Shown: positions 44,649 through 54,162 of the stretch, piece by piece
How the letters are laid out: each line of letters begins with the position of its first letter
Numbering within the stretch: position 1 is the first letter of the stretch
Source of the DNA: a virus
Lineage: Duplodnaviria > Caudoviricetes
Length of the DNA stretch: 61,875 nucleotides
IMG/VR virus record: IMGVR_UViG_3300005827_000088
Location: 1-61,875 of that record
Strand: one strand, 5' to 3'
The notes under the pieces: model-generated
Told to the model about the DNA's origin: nothing
What the model saw: only the letters and a program-made list of their open reading frames with translations
Database searches by the model: none
Made by a program: the position numbers and the translations under genes

Positions 44649-44899
44649 CGCCTGCCACCCTGCTCCATCTTGTCGACTGTCTTGCGCGCTTCGTTCAGCT
44701 TCACGATGAGTTCGTCGGCGAACTCCACCGCCCCCTGGATCCTCACGATATCCTCGCCGCGCGCGGCCAAGAGCGACTTAACGGCCTGCTCCCTGGCCCG
44801 GGCCAGGTAGCCCATCAGCGCGTCACCGTGCAGATTCACAGCCACACTGATCTTCTGCGCCTCTTTCACGTCGACGAACTTTGGCATCATGACGGACAT
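44645..44899 (-). CDS. small post-portal protein (Bbp19-like)
   Basis: 84 aa helical, RIQGAV; directly after the portal. Confidence 0.55.
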   Translation of the reverse strand: MSVMMPKFVDVKEAQKISVAVNLHGDALMGYLARAREQAVKSLLAARGEDIVRIQGAVEFADELIVKLNEARKTVDKMEQGGRR

Positions 44900-47223
44900 C
44901 AGCGCACCATCCCGCGCATACCGCCCTGGTCAGCGCCGCCACTCGGAGCGGTGCCGCTCGGATCCGGGACGCGCATCCGCGGCAGAGGAGCTCCTGGCGT
45001 GCTCTCTCCCTGCGGCGTCGGCACCGGGCCGTTCGACTTCATGCCCAGGCCCGGGGCAGCCCCGCCGGCAGTCTGGTCCGGACCGGGCTGTGGTGCACCA
45101 GGGGGCAGGGCCGGGCCACCGGCCGCCTGCTGGATGATCTGGTTGAACATCTCGCGCTTGCGGTCGGCCTCGTTCGGCATGTACTGTTCGGCTCCGATGT
45201 CCAGGCCCTTGAGTACCGCGCTCAAAGACTCGGCCACCCCTTCCATGCCCAGCAGGTTCATCGCCACCGGGCTGGACAGGACCAGACGCAGGGCCTCGGT
45301 ACGGCGCATCTGCTGCGTCTCGCGCTGCAGCATCGCCGTGGAGCCGCGCGCCTGGATGCGGATGTCACCCTTGAAGATGTTGTTCGGGACGTAGAGCAGT
45401 TCCCATTCGATCTGGCGCTGCACGCTCGGCTCGATGACGTCGTAGTCGATGTTCTTCACCACGCGCTTGATGCCGCGGGCGGAGTTCCCCATCATCATCG
45501 ACAGCCCGCTGGCGGTGTTCAGGGCCCCGCCGCCCTGCTCGGCGCCCGTGGCGTAGCGCGGGATTCCGCTCTTGTTGTCGGCCTCGGTCGAGAAGTGCTC
45601 GTAGATCTTGAGCAGTTCCTGCGTGGTGCTGTTCGGCTGGAAGAACCACATCGGCGGCCTGGTGCCGCCCTCGTTGCCCATGTCGAACTGCCAGATCTTC
45701 CACGGGAAGAGTTCTGTCACGTTCTCGCCGTCGGGCATTTTGCCCACGTCCACCCCGACCTGTGGGCCAGAGCTCAGGGCCATGTTGTTCACGATGTTGC
45801 GCGCCGCGCTGTTGCACACGTCCTGGATGTCCTGCAGGACCTCGCACAGGCCCATGCCCCAGAACGACCCGGGGATCTTCCGGAAGCTCGTCATGTAGTA
45901 CGGCTTGCGGCCCAGCGGATCGGCATTCAGTTCGGCCCGGATGATGCTGTTCCCGATCTGCCACACCTCGGCCCCATACTCGCGCGCCGGGTCAGGGATC
46001 AGGTTCCTGTCCAGGCCCCAGTCGATCAGCTGCTGGCCCTGGACGTACCCCCAGAACTGCAACGCGTCGATGCGACCCTCTGGGTCCATCATCTCGAAGC
46101 TGCGGCCCTCAGCAATGGCCCGGTCGGTGTCCATGCCCTCGAACAACCAGTTGCTCAGGCCGTTCGTGCTGCTCCTCAGAAGCACCTCGTCGATGGCCGC
46201 ATCATCATACCCTTCGACACCCTTCAGGTCGCTCAGGTCGACCCTGGTCAGCCGATGGCGCTCGATCATGTAGCCGTCGTCCACACCCTTGCTCATCGGA
46301 GCCGGGTAGATGTCGAGCGGGCTGACGGCCTCGTACTCAGGCTCGACGCTCTCGCTCACCTCCGGGGTGAAACCGTCCGCTCCCTGGACCCAGTTCATGC
46401 GCTTGCGCATGCGCGGAATCGGACCCTTCAGGAACGCGCTCGGGAAAGTCGTCATGTGAGAGATGAAGTCCTTCAGCGCGCCGCGCCACCCGCTCTCAAA
46501 CAGGCTGTCCTCAACCCTCTTCTCGAGCTCCACGTCCATCAGACGTGCGAACCTGTTCAGGTGCTCGGACAACTCCGCTGGAACAAGCGCCAAACGCCGT
46601 GCGGCGTCCTCTTCCGACAGCATCGTGCCGGTCATGGCCGCCGCCCTGGCCATCGCCTGGATGTCCTGGAGCGCGCGGTTACGGACCGCTCCCTCTATGA
46701 TCTGCTTGACGTCCGGCGCCAGATCCGGAACCGGGGTGGGCTTCATGCCCCAGGGCTTGTCGTCGGCCGGCAGGAGCAACTCCTCCAGCCAGGCCTCGGC
46801 TCCGACGCACTTCTCGTCGGTCAGCATCATGAAAATCTGTGTGCCGCCCTGCTCGGATATGCGCGCCTTGACGTCGTCCTCGTAGATGCCCCGGCGCTGG
46901 TTCAGCGCCATGATCATCTTCCGCTGCGTCTCCTGCTTCGCCGTCACGGCCGCGTCCCAGCACTTGCGCACGTGGGCCGCCAACCCGCTGATCACCGGCG
47001 CCGCCTGCCTGGCATCAGCTTCCCGGCGCGCGCGCTCGTCCAGGTCATCGTTGGACAAAACCTCCACCAGGCCTACGTTCTGCCCGACGGAGGTGTCCAC
47101 ACCCATCCCCGGCTCTCCTGGCGTGCTGGCCGCCGACTCGGGCGGCCCGTCCAGTGCGCTGTATGTGCCCAGCACGCTGGAGCGCCCCATGGATCTCTCT
47201 GGGATGACGAGCGGCCCGGCCAT
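44899..47223 (-). CDS. portal protein
   Basis: 774 aa after terL; VSPLDIYP, PGSFWGMG, ARNIVNNMALSSGPQ, TASGLSMMM; Pro/Gly-rich C-terminus. Confidence 0.88.
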   Translation of the reverse strand: MAGPLVIPERSMGRSSVLGTYSALDGPPESAASTPGEPGMGVDTSVGQNVGLVEVLSNDDLDERARREADARQAAPVISGLAAHVRKCWDAAVTAKQETQRKMIMALNQRRGIYEDDVKARISEQGGTQIFMMLTDEKCVGAEAWLEELLLPADDKPWGMKPTPVPDLAPDVKQIIEGAVRNRALQDIQAMARAAAMTGTMLSEEDAARRLALVPAELSEHLNRFARLMDVELEKRVEDSLFESGWRGALKDFISHMTTFPSAFLKGPIPRMRKRMNWVQGADGFTPEVSESVEPEYEAVSPLDIYPAPMSKGVDDGYMIERHRLTRVDLSDLKGVEGYDDAAIDEVLLRSSTNGLSNWLFEGMDTDRAIAEGRSFEMMDPEGRIDALQFWGYVQGQQLIDWGLDRNLIPDPAREYGAEVWQIGNSIIRAELNADPLGRKPYYMTSFRKIPGSFWGMGLCEVLQDIQDVCNSAARNIVNNMALSSGPQVGVDVGKMPDGENVTELFPWKIWQFDMGNEGGTRPPMWFFQPNSTTQELLKIYEHFSTEADNKSGIPRYATGAEQGGGALNTASGLSMMMGNSARGIKRVVKNIDYDVIEPSVQRQIEWELLYVPNNIFKGDIRIQARGSTAMLQRETQQMRRTEALRLVLSSPVAMNLLGMEGVAESLSAVLKGLDIGAEQYMPNEADRKREMFNQIIQQAAGGPALPPGAPQPGPDQTAGGAAPGLGMKSNGPVPTPQGESTPGAPLPRMRVPDPSGTAPSGGADQGGMRGMVR

Positions 47224-47224
47224 G

Positions 47225-47506
47225 CTAGGTCCTGTGCGACGTGACGATCAACGCGCCGGCGCTCGACGCCGCCCGGGCGTAGAACAGCACAGGCGCTCCG
47301 TCTCCGCTGGCCTTCCAGTCGGCCTCGATCCCGGCGGCCGCGACCGGCCGGAACACCGCGCCGTCCTCGGTCCCGCTGATCTGGAACGGAGAGGCGTTGC
47401 TCATCACCGCGTCGAAGTGCCCGTTGTGGGCCCCGTCCGGGTGCGCCACGGCGACGAAGGTCTCCGTGTTCAACTCCGTCAGGCCAAAAACGAATGACGT
47501 GCTCAT
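47225..47506 (-). CDS. hypothetical protein
   Basis: 93 aa with GGGAG RBS; between terL and portal. Confidence 0.55.
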   Translation of the reverse strand: MSTSFVFGLTELNTETFVAVAHPDGAHNGHFDAVMSNASPFQISGTEDGAVFRPVAAAGIEADWKASGDGAPVLFYARAASSAGALIVTSHRT

Positions 47507-47525
47507 CGGCTACTCCCGGGGTGCC

Positions 47526-47672
47526 CTAGCAGCCCTTCTTGCCCTTTCCCGGCATCGCGCCGCCCTTCTTCATGGGCATCTTGCCCTTGTGCTCGGCCTT
47601 CTCCTGGGCAGGGGTCTCGTAGCCCTTCTTACCGCCGCCCTTCTTCATCGGAACAGGCATCTTCCCTTTCAT
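47526..47672 (-). CDS. small Lys/Gly/Met-rich basic protein (48 aa)
   Basis: GGAGGAG RBS before ATG 47672; MKGKMPVPMKKGGGKKG...KGKMPMKKGG. Confidence 0.6.
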   Translation of the reverse strand: MKGKMPVPMKKGGGKKGYETPAQEKAEHKGKMPMKKGGAMPGKGKKGC

Positions 47673-47781
47673 CGTGTGCTCCTCCGAATACGCAACTGCA
47701 TGATCGTGCCCAGGTGGTGCCACGAAAATCTGATCCTCGTATGGAGTCCGTGGCACTTTCTGCAAACTTTGTCAACAGTCC

Positions 47782-49284
47782 TCACCACACGCGCTTGACT
47801 TTCTGGATCTCCTTGCGCTTGGCCTTACCCTGCCTGCCCTTCACTACACTCACGCCGTCCGCCTCGCACATCATCGCAGCATCAGCCATGTTCGGGCTCT
47901 CAGCACCCTTCCCCAGCCGCTGCTTCATCTCCTTCTTCCCCTCCACCTTGATCTTCCCGTTCACGATGTCGTACTCGAGCACCGTCAACTCTCCCAAAAA
48001 CTCCTCCAGGGTCTTCGCGTCACACGCCGTCCGGCTGATAGCCACCACACCATCGTGGCACTTGTCCCGCAGGCTCCACCACAACTCGTCACGCATCCTC
48101 ATGCCAGGCTGCGTCCCGATCTGCCGGCTCGCCGTCTCAGCCACGTTCACGTCGTAAACCGTCACCCCCATCTGCCGCAGACGGTCCGCGACCGGACCAC
48201 CCACGCCAATCGAGTCCACGAACAGCCGCTCAAACAACCCCGCCTGCCAATGCTTGAATACCTCGCCCACCAACGTCATCGTGTCCGACTCATACCACCT
48301 CTGCACATGCGTGTAGACCTTGCCGTGCCTCGCTACCAAAGCACTCGGGTCACCACCTCGACCGACGTCCAATGCCGCCACACGGTCTCCCACTGGCTCA
48401 ATGTCCCGGTCCACTGCCGCCTGCACCCACTCATAGGCGATCAGGCCCTTCTCGTTCTGCAAAGGATGCTCGCCCAACACACGAACCCGATACACCGGGC
48501 TGCGCTCTCCATACCGCGCCAGCATGTTCTCGCAATACTCCCGGCTGACCAGCGGGCTGTCCAAGCAGCTGAAATGCAACTGCTTCCAGCCCACAGCCCC
48601 AGGCTGCTGCGTCTTGAACGCATACCCGTTCGTCTTCGTCGGGTTGCCAGTCATCACAACCTTCGCACCAGGCGTCGACAACGCGCCCTCAGCTACCTCG
48701 AAAATCTCGTCCGGGATCCCGTAAAACTCATCCAAAATGAACAACAGGTTCGTCGCGTGGAACCCCTGCAGAGCATCAGGATTCTCCTTCCTGCTCGTCC
48801 GAGCCTGCGCCACACGCATCTCCGGCTTGCCCATCACCTCGCGGCCAGTCAAAAACCGGATCTCAGGACCAACCATCCGGAACGGCGCAGCAAACGCCGG
48901 CGGCAACTTGCCCACCCACTTCTGAACCTCCGGCCACAGCAAATCATTCAACTGGTGCGCCGTCGGGGCCGTACAGGCGATCTTGGTATCTCCCTCCAAA
49001 CACAACGGGTCATGGGCCACGTTCATGAACGTCAGGAAATGCTCGATCATCCACGCCAGACAACCCGTCTTCCCCGTTCCATGACCAGACCGACACGACA
49101 CATGCGCCCCATACTCCGCATACGCGCTGAGAAGATCACCCTGCTGGAGCGTGGGACTGATGCCGTGCGTCGCCTCAACCCACTTCACCGGATCGCGCGC
49201 CCACAACAGGGCCGTCTCCATGTCTTCCAACTCCCGAGGAGTCGGCGGACGCTGGGCGGGGCTTAACTGGTCGAAGATGCCCAA
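47782..49284 (-). CDS. terL: terminase large subunit
   Basis: Walker A RSGHGTGKT, Walker B FILDE, TGNPT, nuclease LDVGRGGD and SPNMADA; probable TTG start at 49284 after GGGGGA. Confidence 0.93.
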   Translation of the reverse strand: MGIFDQLSPAQRPPTPRELEDMETALLWARDPVKWVEATHGISPTLQQGDLLSAYAEYGAHVSCRSGHGTGKTGCLAWMIEHFLTFMNVAHDPLCLEGDTKIACTAPTAHQLNDLLWPEVQKWVGKLPPAFAAPFRMVGPEIRFLTGREVMGKPEMRVAQARTSRKENPDALQGFHATNLLFILDEFYGIPDEIFEVAEGALSTPGAKVVMTGNPTKTNGYAFKTQQPGAVGWKQLHFSCLDSPLVSREYCENMLARYGERSPVYRVRVLGEHPLQNEKGLIAYEWVQAAVDRDIEPVGDRVAALDVGRGGDPSALVARHGKVYTHVQRWYESDTMTLVGEVFKHWQAGLFERLFVDSIGVGGPVADRLRQMGVTVYDVNVAETASRQIGTQPGMRMRDELWWSLRDKCHDGVVAISRTACDAKTLEEFLGELTVLEYDIVNGKIKVEGKKEMKQRLGKGAESPNMADAAMMCEADGVSVVKGRQGKAKRKEIQKVKRVW

Positions 49285-49536
49285 GGTGGGTCCCCCCTGA
49301 AAAACGCGCCGCAAAATTTTTCGAGGTGGCACGTCAAATATCTGACGCACTTTTCAAAATACGACGCGCGTTTTGTGAACCGGATGAGGTCGCTAGGCCT
49401 GGCTGGGCCGCCTTTGGGTGGTGGGGATGGTTGGCCGGGGGTGACCAGCTGCGGGCGGCTCGATATGGGGCGGAAGGGGGCAAAGTTTACATAATAGCCA
49501 CTATGGGACAAGTGCGCGAGGCATATCCGGCGGATA

Positions 49537-50139
49537 TTATTGAGCATCTGCGTTTTGCCCGACATTATCAGGGGCGGGGAGTGCCGTTTGTGCGCCGCCA
49601 GTAACACGACCTGGCTGATTCGTATGCAGCTGCGCCGCCTTGGCTGCGAGGTCGGCCAGACTGCCAGCGGCCAGGATGAGACCGCCGGATACCCCTACCT
49701 GCGTCTTGTTCCCGAACTTCTCCGGGTTCAAGGCTGCCGCGGTGCGAAATGCGACATCCACAAGTAGCCGGTCTGATTGAACAGTGGCGGAACGGGAGTT
49801 TTCTGCGACCCCGAGCGCAATTTCTACAAGGGAATCAGCACGTTCTGAATGCCTATTTTCAAACATTTGTTTAAAACAAGCGTCTGTGCCGAGTTTCTTC
49901 CGAAAGTCGGCATAGGTCGGCCACCCTTTCCCCTGGCCCGTAATGCGGGCGACGCTGTAGCCCTTCGAGACCAGGAGGAGGAATGCCTCCTCTGCCTGGG
50001 GTGTCCACTCGAAGGGTTCCCCGCATTCGGCCTCGTGGACGTCTTCCAGGCTTGACCAGGGCAAAGGCTTGACGTGCGCCTCGACTGGACGCAACCGCCC
50101 GCCCTCGTTCTTGAGCTCTGCCGCTTCGCTTTTGTCCAT
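49537..50139 (-). CDS. terS: terminase small subunit
   Basis: HTH-like N-terminal part, RADSLVE..DRLLVD..AAALNPEKFG; upstream of terL. Confidence 0.75.
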   Translation of the reverse strand: MDKSEAAELKNEGGRLRPVEAHVKPLPWSSLEDVHEAECGEPFEWTPQAEEAFLLLVSKGYSVARITGQGKGWPTYADFRKKLGTDACFKQMFENRHSERADSLVEIALGVAENSRSATVQSDRLLVDVAFRTAAALNPEKFGNKTQVGVSGGLILAAGSLADLAAKAAQLHTNQPGRVTGGAQTALPAPDNVGQNADAQ

Positions 50140-50147
50140 GTGACGGC

Positions 50148-50300
50148 AGATACAGCCAAAGGTGCGCGGGTGTCAATGTCCATATGAGGGGAAGGAAACA
50201 CAAGAAATATTGCAACCGACTGATATCGCTAGATATAAAAGTTAAAAAAATGCTTGCCAAACATCTTGCCCCCATGTAGAAGGGACTTACATTATTAGTG
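50148..50300. promoter_or_regulatory. AT-rich divergent promoter region (terS leftward, early genes rightward)
   Basis: Minus-strand TTGACA at 50176-50171; plus-strand TTGCCC (50266) with TACATT/CATTAT (50288-50295); strand switch. Confidence 0.5.
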
Positions 50301-50320
50301 GACACAATCAAGGGGGATCA

Positions 50321-50428
50321 ATGGAAGCCGCAACATGTCAAGAGTTGGCCTACACCTTGGGGTGGATAATTTTGGCCGCCGTCCTTTGGGCTGCCGGAAC
50401 CTATCACGCACCGAACCGGAGGAAGTAG
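50321..50428 (+). CDS. small membrane peptide (35 aa), first early gene
   Basis: AAGGGGGA RBS; manual translation MEAATCQELAYTLGWIILAAVLWAAGTYHAPNRRK. Confidence 0.5.
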   Translation: MEAATCQELAYTLGWIILAAVLWAAGTYHAPNRRK

Positions 50429-50431
50429 AAT

Positions 50432-50623
50432 ATGGGACGCGTTACCATCATCATAGACACCGACAATGCAGCATTCGACGACAACAACGGAGGAGGCCAG
50501 GAGACAGCCCGCATACTGCATTGGCTTGCTGGACAAATGGAGTATTTCGGGAGCCTGTGCAACAACTACCTTTTGCGCGACGCCAACGGCAACACCTGCG
50601 GAAGCGTAAAGGTAAAGGAGTAG
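50432..50623 (+). CDS. early hypothetical protein
   Basis: GGAGG RBS; IDTDNAAF..ETARIL..LRDANGNTCG, a recurrent phage motif. Confidence 0.7.
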   Translation: MGRVTIIIDTDNAAFDDNNGGGQETARILHWLAGQMEYFGSLCNNYLLRDANGNTCGSVKVKE

Positions 50624-50629
50624 AAAACA

Positions 50630-51256
50630 ATGGCACACTATCACCACGACCTGGAGCCGGAAGACGCGCAGGCGGAAGCCTTCCGCATCATGACAGAGGC
50701 CGGAATAACAGCCGAAGTTAGCGCGCCCGTGGGTGCAGTCGACAAGCCCGACCACAATGAAGGCAAGCCCTGGCCCCATCTGGCCTATACGGTCAGCTTC
50801 AGCAAGGAACGCATGCGCGCGCCCGTAGTGCTGGCCTACAAGATCGGCATCGGCCACGTAAAGCGTGAGTTCTGGCAGCGGACAGAAAAGCAAGACGGTT
50901 TCGCCGTCGGCCAACGCGTACGCCTTACCGTCGACGAGTGGAACGCGGCGCGCCGCTACTGCGTCGCGGGTAGAACCCAGCTAGAAAACTTTTTAGCCCC
51001 AGCCGCCGCCAAGATTGCCAGCGGCTACAAGCTGAGCCTCATCCGCCCGCAAGAGGTCTTGGCGTGCTACTGCGAAGAATCACTTGAAGCCAGCGAAACG
51101 CCTTTCGAGGAATGGGCGGAAAACCTGGGCTTTGACGCGGACAGCCGCAAGGCCGAAAAGATTTACAACGAATGCCGCGACAGCCTGCCGCGCATGCTTT
51201 CCCTGCTTTCCCGTGAAAACGTGGAGCGCATGGCCGAACTGCGCCGCATGTTCTAG
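50630..51256 (+). CDS. early hypothetical protein
   Basis: AAGGAG RBS; FEEWAENLGFDADSRKAEKIY..C motif. Confidence 0.7.
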   Translation: MAHYHHDLEPEDAQAEAFRIMTEAGITAEVSAPVGAVDKPDHNEGKPWPHLAYTVSFSKERMRAPVVLAYKIGIGHVKREFWQRTEKQDGFAVGQRVRLTVDEWNAARRYCVAGRTQLENFLAPAAAKIASGYKLSLIRPQEVLACYCEESLEASETPFEEWAENLGFDADSRKAEKIYNECRDSLPRMLSLLSRENVERMAELRRMF

Positions 51257-51331
51257 GACCCTGCCTCGGCCAAGCCTCACCGCTTGACCCTGGCGATGGC
51301 TCTAGAACCTCAAAAGACGCGAGGAAACAAT

Positions 51332-51580
51332 ATGGCAGAGTTCACCCTAACCCCTGAAATGATCGAAGAATACCGCACAAGCCCGTCCTGCCCACGGTGC
51401 AAGCTGGGTTTCATCTCCGCCTTTGTCTCTGACGGAGGGGACGGAGAGCAGCACTTCCAGGCCGACGACAGCGGCGGAGGGTTCCGCACGATGGGGTGCG
51501 ACGTTTGCGGCATGGTCTGGGCCGAAACGTGGCAAGTTGTCAGTATCCGCATAGTCAACAATCCGCACGAGGAGGAATAA
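51332..51580 (+). CDS. early Zn-ribbon protein
   Basis: Start MAEFTL; CPRC...CDVCG. Confidence 0.6.
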   Translation: MAEFTLTPEMIEEYRTSPSCPRCKLGFISAFVSDGGDGEQHFQADDSGGGFRTMGCDVCGMVWAETWQVVSIRIVNNPHEEE

Positions 51581-51581
51581 C

Positions 51582-51920
51582 ATGGGCACCGCTACATTCT
51601 CACGCAAGGACTGGGAAGAGGTCGCCGCAGTTGCCAAGCAGCAGGGCAAGCCCTTCATGCTGGTCAAGGACGAGGGCATATATATCATGTGTCACCGCAG
51701 GGACGGCAAGCCGATGGTGCGCTACTCCATGACACAGGGCTGCGACCCCACCAAGCCCAGCTATAGCTGGGACAAGGGGCAGGAAATTGCCGGGGGAGAC
51801 GACTTTGCAGAAAAACTTGACGCGCACGAAATGGAGAAGACGGCCAGCGATGCCAAGGCGGCAAAGTCGCGTCTGATCTACGTTGACTTTAAGCCCGAAA
51901 CGCTTGAAATCTGGTACTAG
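51582..51920 (+). CDS. DUF3085-family protein
   Basis: LVKDEGIYIM..GCDP..GGDDFAE. Confidence 0.7.
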   Translation: MGTATFSRKDWEEVAAVAKQQGKPFMLVKDEGIYIMCHRRDGKPMVRYSMTQGCDPTKPSYSWDKGQEIAGGDDFAEKLDAHEMEKTASDAKAAKSRLIYVDFKPETLEIWY

Positions 51921-52005
51921 CTGGCTTTGCACTTCGCCTCTGGCCTTGGGCATAGCACCAGGGCCAGCATCGAATCGCAAACATCAAACAGCGAGGGCAA
52001 TCACA

Positions 52006-52167
52006 ATGTACTACATTCAAAGACGCGGCCAGGGATACCTTGAGACTGTGGACGAGTTCGCCACAGCGAAAGAGGCTAGGGCAATGCTGGCAGAGTACCG
52101 CCTCTCGGACCGGAGCGCAGAGTTCTACATCTCCAGACGTTGCTGCAAGGCATGGAGGACCGCATGA
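52006..52167 (+). CDS. early hypothetical protein
   Basis: MYYIQRR..LETVDEF..EARAMLAEY; GAGGG RBS. Confidence 0.6.
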   Translation: MYYIQRRGQGYLETVDEFATAKEARAMLAEYRLSDRSAEFYISRRCCKAWRTA

Positions 52168-52349
52168 ACGCAACCACAGCGGACATTCGCCGGGGCTTGG
52201 CCCTGTTTGGCAAGGTCCAGGTCCAGACGGCAGAGGGATCGCGCCCGCTCGATGACTTCACGCCTTACGGCATCGAGGCGCCGCGTGAACGCGGCCAGGT
52301 GTACCGGGACGGGCACTGGGTCAATGTTGAAATCAGAAAGGAGGGCTAG
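52164..52349 (+). CDS. early hypothetical protein
   Basis: ATGA overlap, GGAGG RBS. Confidence 0.55.
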   Translation: MNATTADIRRGLALFGKVQVQTAEGSRPLDDFTPYGIEAPRERGQVYRDGHWVNVEIRKEG

Positions 52350-52352
52350 GCC

Positions 52353-52619
52353 ATGACAACCATAGCTGAACAGGTGAAGGCCATCGCCGAGTCCAGGGAA
52401 TACGGAGCCATTTCATTCTATGCCGGGCAGGCGCAATACCTGGAGGGCGGAGGCTTTAAGACCGTCCGCTTCCCCGGGTGGCACGAGGAAAAGAAGCGCG
52501 TCAACGACAAGGGGCGCACCACTTACGCACTCGGACGTTACTCCGACAATTCAACCCTGGAATACCGCTGGTCAGAAAACGGCGGCATGAAGCTGAAGGC
52601 CGAAGAGGGCAAGCCATGA
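52353..52619 (+). CDS. early hypothetical protein
   Basis: AAGGAGG RBS. Confidence 0.6.
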   Translation: MTTIAEQVKAIAESREYGAISFYAGQAQYLEGGGFKTVRFPGWHEEKKRVNDKGRTTYALGRYSDNSTLEYRWSENGGMKLKAEEGKP

Positions 52620-52870
52620 GCCTGGACCGCTTCCGCAACAAGAACGGCGACCACTCGCGCTATGCCTTGGCCTGTGGCTACATTCAGAGGCGTGAGGACA
52701 TCGAGGGCAACCACGTGGACCTGTTCATGGAGCACGACCATTACCACGTGCGTGGATACCGGGCGGACCACAGCCGCTTTGTCTGGGAAACTTTCGACAA
52801 GGGTGAACTCTGCAAAGCCCGCACTGAATACCGCAAGCAGGTGCGAGTGCTCAAGGCCATGACGTCCTGA
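52616..52870 (+). CDS. early hypothetical protein
   Basis: Start MSLDRF (ATGA overlap); YALACGYIQ..LFMEHDHYHVR motif. Confidence 0.6.
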   Translation: MSLDRFRNKNGDHSRYALACGYIQRREDIEGNHVDLFMEHDHYHVRGYRADHSRFVWETFDKGELCKARTEYRKQVRVLKAMTS

Positions 52871-52952
52871 CCCCGCAGAACTTGGCCGCAGCTGATGCTG
52901 GGGCCAAGCACCGGGGCCGGGCAAGGCCAAAACAATCAACGCGAGGATGGGT

Positions 52953-53156
52953 ATGAGCAAGGACGACAACAAGATCGTGCATCTGCACGCAGCGCGCCAG
53001 GTGCGAGCTCTGAAGATACCAGACGGGATGTTCGGACCGTCCTTGATGCGCCTGATCGAGGATGGCTGCATTCTGCGCACCCTGGCCCAGGACCCGACGC
53101 GGCAGAGTTTCAGGCGCGAGAGGCTCCAGACACTTTTGAACCGGGAGGATTTATGA
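52953..53156 (+). CDS. early hypothetical protein
   Basis: GAGGA RBS; follows an intergenic hairpin. Confidence 0.5.
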   Translation: MSKDDNKIVHLHAARQVRALKIPDGMFGPSLMRLIEDGCILRTLAQDPTRQSFRRERLQTLLNREDL

Positions 53157-53509
53157 GAATTATCAGTGAAGAAAGCTGGCACCATCGCCACGACGAAAAT
53201 GGCCCCACTGGCATCATCTACTCCGGTGGGATCGCTATCGCCGACGCCGGGATCAACCATCTGCGCGACGCGTTCGGACTTCGCGGGGAAGATCCGGACC
53301 CCGAGGCCCTGGCGGAACTGGTAGCCAATGCAGACCTTCTCGCCGCCGCCCCGACACTGCTGAAGCTCCTGAAGTTGACCAGGAAGCACCTGTCGAACGT
53401 CCGTATCGGCATGGACAACGGCGAACCGGCAACCGACCTGGAATCGTGGACGCCGATGATCCTGCTGTTCAAGGACATCCGCACCTACCTGGACGGTCTG
53501 GGCTTATGA
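53153..53509 (+). CDS. early hypothetical protein
   Basis: Start MRIISEE; ANADLLAAAPTLL motif common in phage accessory proteins. Confidence 0.6.
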   Translation: MRIISEESWHHRHDENGPTGIIYSGGIAIADAGINHLRDAFGLRGEDPDPEALAELVANADLLAAAPTLLKLLKLTRKHLSNVRIGMDNGEPATDLESWTPMILLFKDIRTYLDGLGL

Positions 53510-53712
53510 TCGACTACACCGAGTCCCAGTTGCGCACCTTCCTGAAGCGCGGAGGCGAAGCCTGCCCCGTCTGCCTTGGCAAGGACATTGACCGCGACCC
53601 TATCCAGGAGGATGGGGAAGAGATGTGGCGCAACTGCGAATGCAACGAATGCGGGGAGAGGTGGATGAGTTGCTACGACCTTACAACCGCCATCCGTGGG
53701 CACAGGAGCTAG
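53506..53712 (+). CDS. early Zn-ribbon protein
   Basis: CPVC...CNECGERW. Confidence 0.6.
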   Translation: MIDYTESQLRTFLKRGGEACPVCLGKDIDRDPIQEDGEEMWRNCECNECGERWMSCYDLTTAIRGHRS

Positions 53713-53715
53713 AAA

Positions 53716-53982
53716 ATGTTCGTCGAATACGTGTTCTGCCCGGCCCTCGGCCACTGGGTTCATCCCGACGACTACACCGACGGGATCAACGACCTGGAAA
53801 ACATCATGCGCGAGGAGGCGCGGGACTGCGCGCAGGAAGCAGCCGACTGGTGGGAGGATATGGAGGCGGCCACTGCGTGGTACTTCTCGACAGAGTTCAT
53901 CGGAGTGTTCTGGGACGCCCAATCCGTAGAGCACGCCTGCTGGCGATCCTGGTGGACTGCTGGCGATGACGTCCCATTCTGA
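53716..53982 (+). CDS. very acidic early protein
   Basis: AGGAG RBS; Asp/Glu/Trp-rich, ends DDVPF. Confidence 0.55.
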   Translation: MFVEYVFCPALGHWVHPDDYTDGINDLENIMREEARDCAQEAADWWEDMEAATAWYFSTEFIGVFWDAQSVEHACWRSWWTAGDDVPF

Positions 53983-53994
53983 AGGAGAAAAACC

Positions 53995-54162
53995 ATGATC
54001 GTCCTGACTCGCGAACAGGCCAAGGAACGCATCCTGCGCCTCATGCAGGAGCGCCAGGACCGTAGCCGCTACATCATCGGTGACCAGGGCGTGAAACCCA
54101 CTCCGCAGCTGGACCTGGAAGACATACTGCCCAGAGAGGTACTGCGCCATGACCGCACATAA
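53995..54162 (+). CDS. early hypothetical protein (55 aa)
   Basis: AAGGAG RBS; manual translation MIVLTREQAKERIL... Confidence 0.55.
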   Translation: MIVLTREQAKERILRLMQERQDRSRYIIGDQGVKPTPQLDLEDILPREVLRHDRT

